Source of the DNA: Candidatus Omnitrophota bacterium
Lineage (GTDB): Bacteria; Omnitrophota; Gorgyraeia; Gygaellales; UBA12090
DNA: 64,000 bases
NCBI GenBank assembly: GCA_030674475.1
Contig: JAUSCZ010000029.1
Coordinates: forward strand, 2,357 to 66,356
Direction: 5' to 3'
Positions within the stretch are counted from its first letter, which is position 1. Each line of letters begins with the position of its first letter. A program made the position numbers and the translations under genes. This document shows, one piece after another, positions 51,758-62,406 of this stretch. Below the pieces are notes generated by a model. It was given only the letters and a program-made list of their open reading frames with translations, had not been told where the DNA came from and made no database searches.

Positions 51758-52957
51758 ATGTTTTTCTTGAGCCGAAGGCATATAAAAAAAATAACGGCAG
51801 TATTAGAGGAGATTGCAAAAGGCAATCTTCAGCAGAGAATACACGTTTACTCTAAAGGCACGCTCGGACGGCTGGCCCAGGCAATTGATGGGGTCCTTTC
51901 CGGGTTAACCTCCCAAATAAACGTTCTTAATAAGGAAGCAATCAAGGGTAAGGCCATTTTAACCAGTATGGTTGAAGGGGTCATTGCCATAGATAAAGAT
52001 GCCAGGATATTGTCCCTTAATCCGACAGCAGAGAAGATATTTACTATCAGAAAACAGGATGCCGAGGGCAGGCTGTTTTTAGAGGTTATCCGCAATAACG
52101 ATATTTCTGAAATTATTAGTCGTGTCTTAAAAAGCGGCGAGCCGTTATCCAGCGAACTTAACCTTATTTTGCCGGTACAGAAAGTATTTAGAATCAATGC
52201 CTCGGCTATCTTTGAAGATAGCGCTGTCGCGGGGTGCGTTTTGGTTATTCACGATATTACCCAGATGCGCCGCCTGGAGAGGGTCCGTTCTGATTTTGTG
52301 GCTAATGTTTCCCACGAGCTAAAGACTCCGCTTACCTCAATTAAGGGATTTGTGGAGACCCTTCTTGAGGGAGCTATTGATGATAAAAAAAATAACCGGG
52401 AATTTTTAAGGGTTATCCAGGAGCATACTAATCGCCTGGAGAACCTGATTAATGATTTATTGGATTTAGCTTCTTTGGAAGAGCGGGGGATAGCCCTGAA
52501 TACACAGGAAGTTAATGTCCGGGAATTGGCGGATAAGGTTTTGGCGGGTTTTGAGGGTCAGCTAAAAAAGAAAGAAATTGAAGTTGGAAATGAACTCTCC
52601 GGAAATCTTATCATTAAGGCGGATAAAGATAAGATAGAACAGGTTTGGATCAATTTTATTGATAATGCCGTTAAGTTTAACCGCCCAAAAGGCGGTATAA
52701 AGATTTATGCCGAAGAAACAGCGGATAATAAGATAAAATTTACGGTTAAAGACACAGGCTTCGGAATCCCCGTCAAAGATATCCCGCGCATTTTTGAACG
52801 CTTCTATCGTGTAGACAAAGCCCGTTCGCGCAGTTTAGGTGGCACAGGTTTAGGTTTATCAATAGTTAAGCATATTATCGAACTGCATAAAGGAAGTGTT
52901 GGCGTAGAAAGCGTCGAAGGCCTCGGTTCGGAATTTTCTTTTATTCTCCCAAAATAG
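51758..52957 (+). CDS. phoR: PhoR-like sensor kinase (HAMP-PAS-HisKA-HATPase)
   Basis: DFVANVSHELKTPLTSIKGF, DNAVK, IFERFYRVDKARSR..GGTGLGLSIVKH. Confidence 0.88.
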   Translation: MFFLSRRHIKKITAVLEEIAKGNLQQRIHVYSKGTLGRLAQAIDGVLSGLTSQINVLNKEAIKGKAILTSMVEGVIAIDKDARILSLNPTAEKIFTIRKQDAEGRLFLEVIRNNDISEIISRVLKSGEPLSSELNLILPVQKVFRINASAIFEDSAVAGCVLVIHDITQMRRLERVRSDFVANVSHELKTPLTSIKGFVETLLEGAIDDKKNNREFLRVIQEHTNRLENLINDLLDLASLEERGIALNTQEVNVRELADKVLAGFEGQLKKKEIEVGNELSGNLIIKADKDKIEQVWINFIDNAVKFNRPKGGIKIYAEETADNKIKFTVKDTGFGIPVKDIPRIFERFYRVDKARSRSLGGTGLGLSIVKHIIELHKGSVGVESVEGLGSEFSFILPK

Positions 52958-52975
52958 TTTTTCCTTCTCAATTCT

Positions 52976-53019
52976 AAACCCGCTTAAGCCATTTAGGTAT
53001 GGCTTGGGCGGGTTTTTTT
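52976..53019 (+). terminator. Intrinsic terminator after phoR
   Basis: AAACCCGCTTAAGCCAT / ATGGCTTGGGCGGGTTT stem followed by a T tract. Confidence 0.75.
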
Positions 53020-53021
53020 AT

Positions 53022-53075
53022 TTTACCCGGATTTTACATTGCCTTGAAGCGGACTTTACCCGCATAGTTTATACT
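53022..53075 (+). promoter_or_regulatory. Putative Pho boxes and -10 element
   Basis: TTTACC/TTTACA/TTGAAG/TTTACC at 53022, 53033, 53044 and 53055 (11-bp period), then TATACT; upstream of the pst operon. Confidence 0.6.
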
Positions 53076-53113
53076 TTAGTTGAAAAATGAGAAAGAAAGG
53101 AGGTGAGTAAAAG

Positions 53114-53305
53114 ATGACGGAAGTATTATTAAGCATGGAAAAGGATTTTCTGGCCAGTTCACTTCGGGCGCTGATTGACCGTTTGAAAAATGTGTTATCA
53201 GCGATTGAAGAAGGAGAGAGCATAGAAAATGAGTTTACCAATAACAGCCTTAAGTCCGTGGAAACGCAGCTGCGCCAGATACGGAAGTTTTGCGCCGGAG
53301 GATAA
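53114..53305 (+). CDS. Small hypothetical helical protein heading the Pho operon
   Basis: Strong RBS AAGGAGGTG; 63 aa. Confidence 0.65.
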   Translation: MTEVLLSMEKDFLASSLRALIDRLKNVLSAIEEGESIENEFTNNSLKSVETQLRQIRKFCAGG

Positions 53306-53347
53306 GGAGCGCGCAATGAGGACAGGGAATTTATTAGGAAAGGACAA

Positions 53348-54616
53348 GTGAAAATGACGAAGAGAATATTAATTATGATTTTAGCGGTATGGTTTCTGGG
53401 GGTTGGCCCCGTATGTTTCGCCGCGACTACCCAGGTGGATGCCCTGATTGAGAAATTAGTGGAAAAGGGAATTTTGGAGCGTCAGGAGGCAATCAAGCTA
53501 AAAGGCGAGATTGCTGAAGACGAAAAGATAATCAGGGAAGAGGGGCTTAAACAGAGTTTACCCGCTTGGGCAAGGGAGATGAAATTGAAGGGTGATCTCC
53601 GCCTGCGTCATCAGTATGAAAAGAGAAAGGGCAGTAATACCAACACCGGAAATACCGCTGAGCGAAACAGGGCAAGAATCAGGTTTAGGTTAGGCGCCGA
53701 AACCAAGGTAAACGACCAGACCAAAGTACTTTTTGGTTTGGCCACCGGAGGGACCGATCCCCGCTCCACCAATCAAACCTTAGAAAACAGTTTTGAGCTT
53801 AAGGATATTCGGCTTGACTATGTCTATGCCGAATACGTGCCTTTTGCCTGGGCAGCATTCTTAGGGGGAAGAATGAAAAATCCTCTCTGGGAGCCGGGGG
53901 ATTTGCTTTGGGATACGGATATTAATCCCGAAGGCCTGGCAGCCAAGTTAAGCGGCAAAGTCAATGATAAATTAGGAACGTATCTTAATGCCGGCGTATT
54001 TATCCTTGATGAAAACGCGGCTGCTTCCGACCCTTGGATATATGCCTTACAACCGGGGTTAAAGTGGAAGTTTAATGATAAGGCAAGCCTTAATCTTGCC
54101 GCCGCATATTACGGAAGTAGCCAGGTTAAGGGAGCGATCCTGGATAATTCCGCAAGCAGTAATACCAATAACGGAAAGCGCGGCCTGTGGTATGGCCTTA
54201 GCGCTGTCAGTCCGAGTGTGGAATTAGCCGTTAAAGACCCCTTGCAGTTTATGGGCATAGGCCTGCCTTATGTTTCGCTCTTGGGAGAATATGTTCATAA
54301 TCTGCCTTCCGCCAAAAGCGGATATTTGGGAGGGTTTAAGTTGGGGCATGAAAAAGTCAGCAATAGAGGGCAATGGCAGCTACGTTATTTCTATACTATG
54401 CTGGCTACCGATGCCTGGTTAGATATCTTCCCGGATTCGGATAGATACGGGGGAAAGACTGGAATCAGAGGGAATGAAATACTTTTTACCTATGGCTTAG
54501 GCAAGAATTGGAGCTTGGAGTTGGATTATTATCGTACGGATTTAACTACTACTCATAGTGATTCTCGGGTCAAGACCGAGAATTTATTTCAGGCGGATTT
54601 GAATTTCAAATTTTAA
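53348..54616 (+). CDS. Putative (phosphate-regulated) porin
   Basis: Signal peptide, GDLRLR, R.RIRFRLG, WDTDINPEG, C-terminal QADLNFKF. Confidence 0.8.
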   Translation: MKMTKRILIMILAVWFLGVGPVCFAATTQVDALIEKLVEKGILERQEAIKLKGEIAEDEKIIREEGLKQSLPAWAREMKLKGDLRLRHQYEKRKGSNTNTGNTAERNRARIRFRLGAETKVNDQTKVLFGLATGGTDPRSTNQTLENSFELKDIRLDYVYAEYVPFAWAAFLGGRMKNPLWEPGDLLWDTDINPEGLAAKLSGKVNDKLGTYLNAGVFILDENAAASDPWIYALQPGLKWKFNDKASLNLAAAYYGSSQVKGAILDNSASSNTNNGKRGLWYGLSAVSPSVELAVKDPLQFMGIGLPYVSLLGEYVHNLPSAKSGYLGGFKLGHEKVSNRGQWQLRYFYTMLATDAWLDIFPDSDRYGGKTGIRGNEILFTYGLGKNWSLELDYYRTDLTTTHSDSRVKTENLFQADLNFKF

Positions 54617-54645
54617 CCTATAGAATCTAAAAGGAGAAAAAAGAT

Positions 54646-55638
54646 ATGAAAAGGATAATGTGTTTTATGGTAATAGCGGTTATCGCCTGCGGTAATCAGG
54701 CCTACGCCGCGAAATTAATCAAAGTGGACGGCTCAAGCACGGTTTTTCCCATCACCGAGGCCGTGGCCGAGGAATTTCAGAAGGAAAATAGCGGGATAAA
54801 GGTGATGGTAGGTATTTCAGGAACCGGCGGCGGGTTTAAGAGGTTTGGCCGCGGAGAAACCGATATCAGCGATGCCTCCCGTCCCATAAAACCCAAAGAG
54901 GTGGATTTAGCCAGAGAAAATAATATTGAATACATTGAGCTTCCGGTGGCCTATGATGGCCTGGCGGTGGTGGTCAATCCGCAGAACACCTGGGTAAACC
55001 ATCTTACGGTTAAGGAATTAAAGAAAATGTGGGAGCCGGATGCCCAAGGGGCAGTTACTAAATGGAACCAGATACGAGCGGGTTTTCCCGATAAAGAAAT
55101 GCGCCTGTTTGGACCAGGGACAGATTCCGGGACCTTTGATTATTTCACTGAGGCCGTATGCGGAAAATCCGGCGCAAGCAGAGGGGATTTCACCGCAAGC
55201 GAAGATGACAATGTGTTAGTTGAAGGAGTTGCCTTTGATGAGGCCGCGTTGGGGTATTTTGGTTTTGCTTATTATGAGGCAAATAAAGAAAAACTCAAAC
55301 TCGTGGCAATTGATGATGAAAATGACGCTAACGGCAAAGGTCCGATAAATCCTTCGCTTCAGACGGTAAAGGATGGTACCTATCAACCTTTGGCCCGTCC
55401 CATCTTTATCTATGTAAGCGTCCAATCAGCGGAAAAGGAAGAAGTGGCAAAGTTTGTGGAGTTTTACCTTGCCCATGCCGCGCAATTAGTAAAAGAAGTC
55501 GGTTACATACCTTTGCCGGATGAGGCCTATCAGGCGGCTTTGGAGCGTTTTAAAAAGCGGGTCAAAGGCTCTGTCTTTGGCGGCAAGGGCGCGACCATAG
55601 GGGTTAAGATTGAAGATTTACTGAGGCGCCAGAAATAG
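54646..55638 (+). CDS. pstS: Phosphate ABC transporter substrate-binding protein
   Basis: [29 protein letters not shown]. Confidence 0.93.
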   Translation: MKRIMCFMVIAVIACGNQAYAAKLIKVDGSSTVFPITEAVAEEFQKENSGIKVMVGISGTGGGFKRFGRGETDISDASRPIKPKEVDLARENNIEYIELPVAYDGLAVVVNPQNTWVNHLTVKELKKMWEPDAQGAVTKWNQIRAGFPDKEMRLFGPGTDSGTFDYFTEAVCGKSGASRGDFTASEDDNVLVEGVAFDEAALGYFGFAYYEANKEKLKLVAIDDENDANGKGPINPSLQTVKDGTYQPLARPIFIYVSVQSAEKEEVAKFVEFYLAHAAQLVKEVGYIPLPDEAYQAALERFKKRVKGSVFGGKGATIGVKIEDLLRRQK

Positions 55639-55647
55639 GTTAAAGAT

Positions 55648-56544
55648 ATGTTTAGGAAGAATAAGTTTCAAAAATTAAAGGAAGATCTGATTGAGAAACT
55701 GCTTTTTCTCTTTAGCTTAGTTTCCATATTCGTCACCGTGGGGATTGTCGCGGTATTGTCTTTTGAGACCTTCGCCTTTTTTAAGGAGGTATCGCTTTTA
55801 GAGTTCTTTACGGATACCCAGTGGACGCCGCTTTTTGTCAGGAAGCATTTTGGCATCCTGCCGCTTTTGTGCGGGACGCTTCTGACTACCCTGATCGCGA
55901 TGCTTATCGCGTTTCCCGCGGGCCTGATCAGCGCGGCATACCTAAGCGAATACGCCTCGGAAAAGGCCAGGGGTATCATCAAGCCGATAATGGAGATATT
56001 GGCGGCGGTCCCTACGGTGGTATATGGTTACTTCGCGCTTTTGTTTGTTACCCCGTTATTAAAGAAATGTATTCCCGGGATGAGCGGATTTAATTCTCTT
56101 TCCAGCGGACTGGTAATGGGGATAATGATTATCCCTTTGATTTCGTCTCTAAGCGAGGATGCCTTTCACGCGGTGCCTATGGGCCTGCGCGAGGCAGGGT
56201 ATGCCTTGGGCTCAAGCCGACTGCAGGTGTCCTTAAGGATAGTCCTACCGGCGGCCTTTTCCGGGGTCTGCGCGGCCTGCGTTTTGGCCATATCCCGGGC
56301 TGTGGGTGAGACGATGATTGTGGCCATTGCCGCGGGCCAGCAGCCAAGGTTGACCTTTAATCCTCTGGTTCCTATTGAGACTATTACCGCCTATATTGTT
56401 CAGGTGAGTTTAGGCGATACCCCCCATGGCAGCCTGGAATACCGCACTATCTTTGCCTGCGGGATGTTTTTGTTTGTGATGACCTATTTTTTAAATATCG
56501 TAAGCTATAAATTAAGAAAACATTTTCAACAAGTATATGAATAG
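55648..56544 (+). CDS. pstC: Phosphate ABC transporter permease
   Basis: [23 protein letters not shown]. Confidence 0.93.
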   Translation: MFRKNKFQKLKEDLIEKLLFLFSLVSIFVTVGIVAVLSFETFAFFKEVSLLEFFTDTQWTPLFVRKHFGILPLLCGTLLTTLIAMLIAFPAGLISAAYLSEYASEKARGIIKPIMEILAAVPTVVYGYFALLFVTPLLKKCIPGMSGFNSLSSGLVMGIMIIPLISSLSEDAFHAVPMGLREAGYALGSSRLQVSLRIVLPAAFSGVCAACVLAISRAVGETMIVAIAAGQQPRLTFNPLVPIETITAYIVQVSLGDTPHGSLEYRTIFACGMFLFVMTYFLNIVSYKLRKHFQQVYE

Positions 56545-57445
56545 AAAAATAGTCAATAAACGGCTGGATAGCCTGTTTAAAGCGCTGGGTATTCTGACAA
56601 CGGTTTTCGGAATATTGGTGCTTTTGGTCCTGTTTATTGATGTATTCTTAGATGGCGCGTCACGGCTGAGTATGAATTTTCTCACCAGTTTTCCCTCCCG
56701 TAAGCCGGAAGCCGCGGGGATACTTTCGGCGTGGGTAGGCACGATTTGGATTATGGCGGTTACCGCGTTAATCGCGCTTCCTTTGGGAATAGGTTCAGCC
56801 ATCTATCTTGAGGAATACGCCCCCAAAAACAGGCTCACCGGTTTAATTGAGATAAGTATTGCCAATCTTGCCGGGGTGCCGTCAGTAATCTTCGGGCTTC
56901 TGGGTTTAGGGCTTTTTGTGCGCTGGTTTAATCTGGACCGCAGTGTCCTGGCCGGGGGCTTGACCTTAGCCATTTTGGTTTTACCGGTAATCATTCTTTC
57001 TACGCGGGAGGCGCTGCGGGCCATACCTTTTTCCATCCGGGAGGCCTCCTATGCCGTAGGGGCGACTAAGTGGCAGACGGTATATTTCCAGGTGCTCCCC
57101 GCGGCGCTGGGCAATATTATGACCGGAGTCATCCTGGCGATGTCCCGGGCAGTGGGTGAAACCGCCCCGTTAATCACCATAGGCGCGCTTACCTATATTG
57201 CTTTCCTGCCCCAGCCGCCGGTTACTTTTTCCGGAGGATTTCCCTTTATGCATTTTAGCCTTCAGGGGTTATTTGACCCTTTCACGGCCCTGCCGATCCA
57301 GATATTTAATTGGGTATCCCGGCCGCAAAAAGGGTTTTCGGTTAATGCCTCGGCAGGCATTATTGTTCTTTTGGGGATTACTTTGGCAATGAACAGTATC
57401 GCCATAATTTTACGTTACCGTCAACGAAAAAAGACAAGGTGGTAA
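56537..57445 (+). CDS. pstA: Phosphate ABC transporter permease
   Basis: [33 protein letters not shown]. Confidence 0.93.
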   Translation: MNRKIVNKRLDSLFKALGILTTVFGILVLLVLFIDVFLDGASRLSMNFLTSFPSRKPEAAGILSAWVGTIWIMAVTALIALPLGIGSAIYLEEYAPKNRLTGLIEISIANLAGVPSVIFGLLGLGLFVRWFNLDRSVLAGGLTLAILVLPVIILSTREALRAIPFSIREASYAVGATKWQTVYFQVLPAALGNIMTGVILAMSRAVGETAPLITIGALTYIAFLPQPPVTFSGGFPFMHFSLQGLFDPFTALPIQIFNWVSRPQKGFSVNASAGIIVLLGITLAMNSIAIILRYRQRKKTRW

Positions 57446-58206
57446 AGATGAACAATGTGGCTTTTAATATAACACGGATGCGTGCCTCGTATGGAAACAA
57501 GGAGGTGTTAAAAGGAATTACTATTACTATCCTGCCAAATAGCGTTACGGCCTTAATCGGGCCCTCCGGATGCGGCAAGAGCACTTTTATCCGCTCACTT
57601 AACCGCATCAATGACCTGATTCCTTCTTTTCGGATTTCCGGAGATATTCTTTACCGGCAGAAGGATATTTATGACCAGGAAACGGATGTGGTAGAACTGC
57701 GCCGGCGTATCGGTATGGTATTTCAGAAGCCTAATCCCTTTCCGAAGTCAATTTATGAAAATATCGCCTACGGCTTAAGAATTCACGGTTTTACCATTAA
57801 GGAAACGCTTGATGAAATTGTGGAAGCCAGTTTAAAGAAAGCGGCCCTCTGGGATGAGGTCAAGGATAACTTAAAGCAGAATGCCCTCACCCTTTCCGGA
57901 GGTCAGCAGCAGAGGCTCTGCATCGCCCGGACACTGGCTACGCAGCCTGAAGCGCTCCTTTTTGATGAGCCCTGCTCCGCGCTTGATCCGATTTCCACCG
58001 CCAAAATAGAAGAACTGATTCACCATCTGAAAAAAAGTTATACCATTATTATTGTCACCCACAATATGCAGCAGGCGGCCCGGGTTTCTGATTATTCCGG
58101 ATTTTTTCTGCTGGGAGAGTTGGTTGAATTCGGTAAAACCCAGGATATGTTTACCGCGCCCAAAGACAAGCGCACCGAAGATTATATTACGGGAAGGTTT
58201 GGGTAA
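57439..58206 (+). CDS. pstB: Phosphate ABC transporter ATPase
   Basis: [37 protein letters not shown]. Confidence 0.96.
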   Translation: MVKMNNVAFNITRMRASYGNKEVLKGITITILPNSVTALIGPSGCGKSTFIRSLNRINDLIPSFRISGDILYRQKDIYDQETDVVELRRRIGMVFQKPNPFPKSIYENIAYGLRIHGFTIKETLDEIVEASLKKAALWDEVKDNLKQNALTLSGGQQQRLCIARTLATQPEALLFDEPCSALDPISTAKIEELIHHLKKSYTIIIVTHNMQQAARVSDYSGFFLLGELVEFGKTQDMFTAPKDKRTEDYITGRFG

Positions 58207-58261
58207 AAATAGTTTATGGTTGATAGCGTATAGTTTATAGCATTTTTCTAATCGGAGGAAA

Positions 58262-58930
58262 ATGATGGAACGGCATTTAGATGAAAAATTACAGGAACTC
58301 AAGGCGGATATCCTGCGTATGGGCAGCCTGGTAGAACATGCTATCGGCGCCTCTATGGAAGCTTTGAAACAATTAGACCGGGATGCGGCGGAAAAGGTTA
58401 TTTGCTCCGATAAGGCGGTTGACGAACTGGAGCTTAGTATTGATGAAAAGAGTCTGGATTTACTCGCGTTGTATCAGCCGATGGCGGTGGATTTACGGTT
58501 TATTACTATGGCAATGAAGATTTCAACCGATCTGGAAAGGATGGCGGATTTAGCCGTGGATATTGCCCAGCGGGTTTTGGAGCTTGCCGGAAAGCCCCTG
58601 CTTAAGCCCTTGGTGGATATCCCGCAGTTAGCCGTATTAGCTCAACATATGACAAAAGACGCTTTGGATTCCTTTGTCAAGGCTGATGTGTTTTTAGCAA
58701 AAAAGGTGATTTTATGCGATAAGGATGCCGATAGCCTGCGTAATAAAGTGCAGGCTGAATTAATCAATGACTATATAGCCAAGGATAAATCTGCTGTTTC
58801 CCGCGCCATCCCTTTACTTTTAATTGCCCGCCATCTGGAGCGTATCTGTGACCATGCGACCAATATTGCTGAAGACGTAATTTATATGATTGAGGCAAAG
58901 GTGGTTAAACATCATCAGGAGAGATTGTAG
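58262..58930 (+). CDS. phoU: Phosphate signalling protein PhoU
   Basis: QPMAVDLR, DLERMAD, LERICDHATNIAE. Confidence 0.95.
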   Translation: MMERHLDEKLQELKADILRMGSLVEHAIGASMEALKQLDRDAAEKVICSDKAVDELELSIDEKSLDLLALYQPMAVDLRFITMAMKISTDLERMADLAVDIAQRVLELAGKPLLKPLVDIPQLAVLAQHMTKDALDSFVKADVFLAKKVILCDKDADSLRNKVQAELINDYIAKDKSAVSRAIPLLLIARHLERICDHATNIAEDVIYMIEAKVVKHHQERL

Positions 58931-58964
58931 GCCATTTAATTTAATTTGCTTTTTGGCTTTTTTG

Positions 58965-58993
58965 TTGACTTTGGGAACAGTATATGGTATTTT
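58965..58993 (+). promoter_or_regulatory. Sigma70 promoter, probably leaderless into the DUF2946-like ORF
   Basis: TTGACT-N17-TATTTT; ATG at 59001 lies 7 nt after the -10. Confidence 0.55.
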
Positions 58994-59000
58994 AATTTCA

Positions 59001-59288
59001 ATGCGAAAAAATATCTTAAAATCTAAATTCATACGGTTATTTTTTATTTGCGGAGTTGTCGTCTTTTTCTTGTCTTATTTAGGAGTTTTTCTCTTCCATA
59101 GCCATAAAGACGATTCCGAAAGCCAGAATTGCCAAATCTGCCATCTTCTAAGGACCCCATTTTCTTATGACATACCTTCCATTGGATTCATCTCTTTAGC
59201 AGCCTCAGGCCTGCTTATCATTTTCACCCCCCGTTTTATTTCACAGCGCGATTTCTTAACAAAAACTGCCCGTTCCCCGCCTTTCTAA
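59001..59288 (+). CDS. DUF2946-like small membrane protein / putative metal-sensing leader peptide
   Basis: TM helix, HSH, CQICH, C-terminal ARSPP; directly upstream of metal uptake genes. Confidence 0.7.
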   Translation: MRKNILKSKFIRLFFICGVVVFFLSYLGVFLFHSHKDDSESQNCQICHLLRTPFSYDIPSIGFISLAASGLLIIFTPRFISQRDFLTKTARSPPF

Positions 59289-59424
59289 TCCTTCCCACTC
59301 CCGGTTAATTTATCCCAAATTTTTCAATAGCCTTCCTGACGGTAGGCGGGCAAAATTTGCCCGGATTTTTCTATTGAAAAATCCGTGATTATATAAGTTA
59401 AAACGATTATCATGCGGAGGAAAT

Positions 59425-60705
59425 ATGCGTTATTTCGTATCCTTTTTAATATTTTTTCTATTATTCGCGCCTAATATCTTTGCTCAACAAAGCCAAGAGG
59501 CAATAGAAACTCAATTGAGAGAATTAAAATCAGTGGTGGAGAATTTACAAAAAACTACTCAAGAGCAGAATAAACGCATTGAAGAATTGGAAAAACAAAA
59601 TGGCCAGCTTAGGCAGAAATTAGAATCTCCTCAAGCGCAATTAGTCCCGCCGCCTGCCGCTACAATACCTCAATCCCCAATTGCAGCCGGGCTTCAGGCA
59701 TTTAATCCTGAGATTGGAGTAGTAGGGGATATTGTGGCCACTTCCTCCGAAAGCCGGGGAGATTCAGAGGGAAATGACCGGATTGCCTTACGGGAATTAG
59801 AATTAGTTTTAGGGCATTACGTTGACCCTTATTCCCGTTTTGATGCCACTATTTCCTTTTCTGACAGCGAAAACCCAAACGTAGAAGAAGCGCATCTTAG
59901 CCACTGGGGGCTTCCCTGGGACATAAAAGGAAGTTTAGGCCGTTTCAGGCCAAAGATTGGTAAGGCCTGCGCTATTCACCGCGATTCGTTGGATACGGTG
60001 GATGAGCCGTTTGTGGTAGCAAGATATTTTGGCGCGGAGGGATTTTCCCGGACCGGTTTTGAGCTTCACCGTTTATTTGAGGCGCCCTTTGGGCTGGATT
60101 CGGAGCTTACCTTTGGTTTGCTTGAGGGCGGCGTTGGAGAAGGAGGGACTGCTTTTGGCTCAAGCCGAAGGCATCCCACAGTTTTTAGCCATCTAAAGCT
60201 ATACAAAGATATTACTGACGTATCAAGCTTTGAATTAGGCCTGACTCACCTTGCCGGCTCAAAAGATAATGACCCTAAAATGGAGGCGAATGTTTTGGGG
60301 TTTGACGCTGTTTACCTGCGTAATTTCTCGGCCTGGAATAGGTTGAAGCTGCAAAGTGAACTCTATTTCCAGGACAGAGACGAATCTTTTAGCGCGCAAG
60401 ATGACGGAACGATCACTAAATTCAGGGACAATCCATTTGGATTTTATACCCTTGCAGATTTAAGGCTCAATCAGCGCTGGGCATCTGGGTTAAGATTTGA
60501 TTATGTGGAGCTGGTAGACAATCCTTTAGTCAATAAGCGGGAGATGGATTTGGGATACAGCGCCTATTTAACCCTGCATCAATCTGAATGGGCAAGGTGG
60601 AGGCTGCAATACCGCCATACCGATTACGCTACCGGCAAGAACGACGACGCCGTAATGTTTCAGGGAACGTTTGCCATCGGAGTCCACAAACATAAATTAC
60701 AATAA
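59425..60705 (+). CDS. Outer-membrane beta-barrel protein associated with Zn/Mn uptake
   Basis: Signal peptide, coiled coil, FNPEIG, VDPY, SEWARWRLQY, His-containing C-terminus GVHKH. Confidence 0.7.
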   Translation: MRYFVSFLIFFLLFAPNIFAQQSQEAIETQLRELKSVVENLQKTTQEQNKRIEELEKQNGQLRQKLESPQAQLVPPPAATIPQSPIAAGLQAFNPEIGVVGDIVATSSESRGDSEGNDRIALRELELVLGHYVDPYSRFDATISFSDSENPNVEEAHLSHWGLPWDIKGSLGRFRPKIGKACAIHRDSLDTVDEPFVVARYFGAEGFSRTGFELHRLFEAPFGLDSELTFGLLEGGVGEGGTAFGSSRRHPTVFSHLKLYKDITDVSSFELGLTHLAGSKDNDPKMEANVLGFDAVYLRNFSAWNRLKLQSELYFQDRDESFSAQDDGTITKFRDNPFGFYTLADLRLNQRWASGLRFDYVELVDNPLVNKREMDLGYSAYLTLHQSEWARWRLQYRHTDYATGKNDDAVMFQGTFAIGVHKHKLQ

Positions 60706-60718
60706 GGAGGGCTTCTCT

Positions 60719-61633
60719 ATGTTACGAAAACTATTTTTCTTGAGTTTAGTATGCCTGTTTTGTCTTTCAACGAATGCTTTCGCGAGGGATAAATTAAAGG
60801 TAGTAACCACCCTTTCCACCTTCGCGGATTTAGTCCGACAAATCGCGGGAGACTACGCAGAGGTGCGCCCTATTTCACCGGGAATCTTTAATCCTCATTT
60901 TTATGAGCCCAAGCCGTCGGATATCCTAAAGACGCGAAAGGCGGATTTGTTTGTCCATGCCGGCCTGGACTTGGAGTTATGGAGATTTCCTTTGGTAGAC
61001 GCGGCAGGTAACCCGGACATTTTTCCCGGCGCTAAAAATGAACTGGATTTGTCAAAAGGGATATCCCTTCTTGAGGCGCCGCAAAAACAACCTACGCGTT
61101 TAGAAGGGGATATTCATATCTACGGTAATCCTCATTACTGGGTTGATCCCAGAAACGGGAAAATTATGGCGGAAAACATTGCCGTGAAGCTTAAGGAGCT
61201 TGCTCCCGAACACTCGGATTATTTTGACAAAAATTTAAATGAATTCCTGAACAAGCTGGATGAAAAGATAACTTACTGGGAGGCCGAACTAAAGGTGGTG
61301 AAAGGCAAAGAGGTTGTCGCCTACCATAATGAATGGATATATTTTACCGAATTTGCGGGGATAAAACTGATCCGCTATTTGGAACCAAAACCGGGCATTC
61401 CTCCCACGCCAAAACATCTTGCCTTTATGGAAGAATATATAAAGAAGAATAATATCCGGGGGATAATTCAGCCGACGTATTTTCCTAAAGACTATTCCGA
61501 GGCCTTGGCAGGGAAGGTTGGCGTTAAAGTAGTCATTCTCGCGCAGAATGTGGGGGAGATCCCTGAGGCAAATGATTATTTTTCGTTTTTTGATTTTAAT
61601 GTGGAAAAGCTAAAAGAGGCATTCACAGAATAG
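60719..61633 (+). CDS. Zn/Mn ABC transporter substrate-binding protein (ZnuA-like)
   Basis: NPHFYEPKPSD, GNPHYW.DP, AYH, EPKPGIPPTPKHL. Confidence 0.9.
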   Translation: MLRKLFFLSLVCLFCLSTNAFARDKLKVVTTLSTFADLVRQIAGDYAEVRPISPGIFNPHFYEPKPSDILKTRKADLFVHAGLDLELWRFPLVDAAGNPDIFPGAKNELDLSKGISLLEAPQKQPTRLEGDIHIYGNPHYWVDPRNGKIMAENIAVKLKELAPEHSDYFDKNLNEFLNKLDEKITYWEAELKVVKGKEVVAYHNEWIYFTEFAGIKLIRYLEPKPGIPPTPKHLAFMEEYIKKNNIRGIIQPTYFPKDYSEALAGKVGVKVVILAQNVGEIPEANDYFSFFDFNVEKLKEAFTE

Positions 61634-61640
61634 ATGGGTA

Positions 61641-62402
61641 ATGAAAAAAGAAGACCTGATTAAATTCAAGGATTTATCCGTCGGCCATACGAAGAATAAT
61701 CCTGTTATGTCCGGGCTCAATGTGTCAGTGCCTGCGCACGGCTTCTTTGGGATTATCGGGCCGAATGGCTGCGGAAAGACCACGCTCTTACGGACTATCC
61801 TGGGAATTATCCGGCCTTTATCCGGCCGGATAATTTATTATTCGGACAGAAGAAACCTGCATTTTGGTTATGTTCCCCAGAAAGACACAATAGATCCGCT
61901 TTTCCCTTTAACTGTCACAGAGATCGTGATGATGGGCAGGTATAAAAGGATAGGTTTATTTAGAAAACCTAAAAAAGAAGACTATAGGATCGTTCAGGAT
62001 TCGCTTTCCCATTGCGGGATAAAAAGGTTAGGGGATAGGCTGTATCGTGAGCTTTCCGGGGGGCAAAAGCAAAGGGCCTTGATTGCCAGGGCCTTGGCAA
62101 GCCAGCCGGATGTGTTAATCCTTGATGAGCCAACGCATAATATGGATTTACCAAGCGAACAGGCAGTTTTAAACTTACTAAGGGATTTTCATCAAAAAGA
62201 AATGATGACTATTATCCTTGTAAGCCATCTTATCGGGGCAGTGGTTAACTTTGTGAAAAGTATATTGTTGATTGAGGACGGCAGGTTTTTAAGCGGCGAT
62301 ACAAACACGGTAGTAACCGAAGAAAACCTAACCAGGCTCTATGGGCTTAAGGTGAAGATACAAGAATTCCAGGATCAGAAATTCATTGTGGTGGGAGAGT
62401 AA
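61641..62402 (+). CDS. Zn/Mn ABC transporter ATPase (ZnuC-like)
   Basis: GPNGCGKTT, GYVPQ, LSGGQKQR, LDEPT, VSH. Confidence 0.92.
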   Translation: MKKEDLIKFKDLSVGHTKNNPVMSGLNVSVPAHGFFGIIGPNGCGKTTLLRTILGIIRPLSGRIIYYSDRRNLHFGYVPQKDTIDPLFPLTVTEIVMMGRYKRIGLFRKPKKEDYRIVQDSLSHCGIKRLGDRLYRELSGGQKQRALIARALASQPDVLILDEPTHNMDLPSEQAVLNLLRDFHQKEMMTIILVSHLIGAVVNFVKSILLIEDGRFLSGDTNTVVTEENLTRLYGLKVKIQEFQDQKFIVVGE

Positions 62403-62406
62403 ACCC

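Noticed and set aside
58890-59000. N-terminal extension of the DUF2946-like ORF
   Set aside because: Overlaps phoU and the promoter; ATG 59001 fits better.
59390-59415. Fur/Zur box before the OM receptor
   Set aside because: Only a partial match (AACGATTATCAT), without a convincing palindrome.
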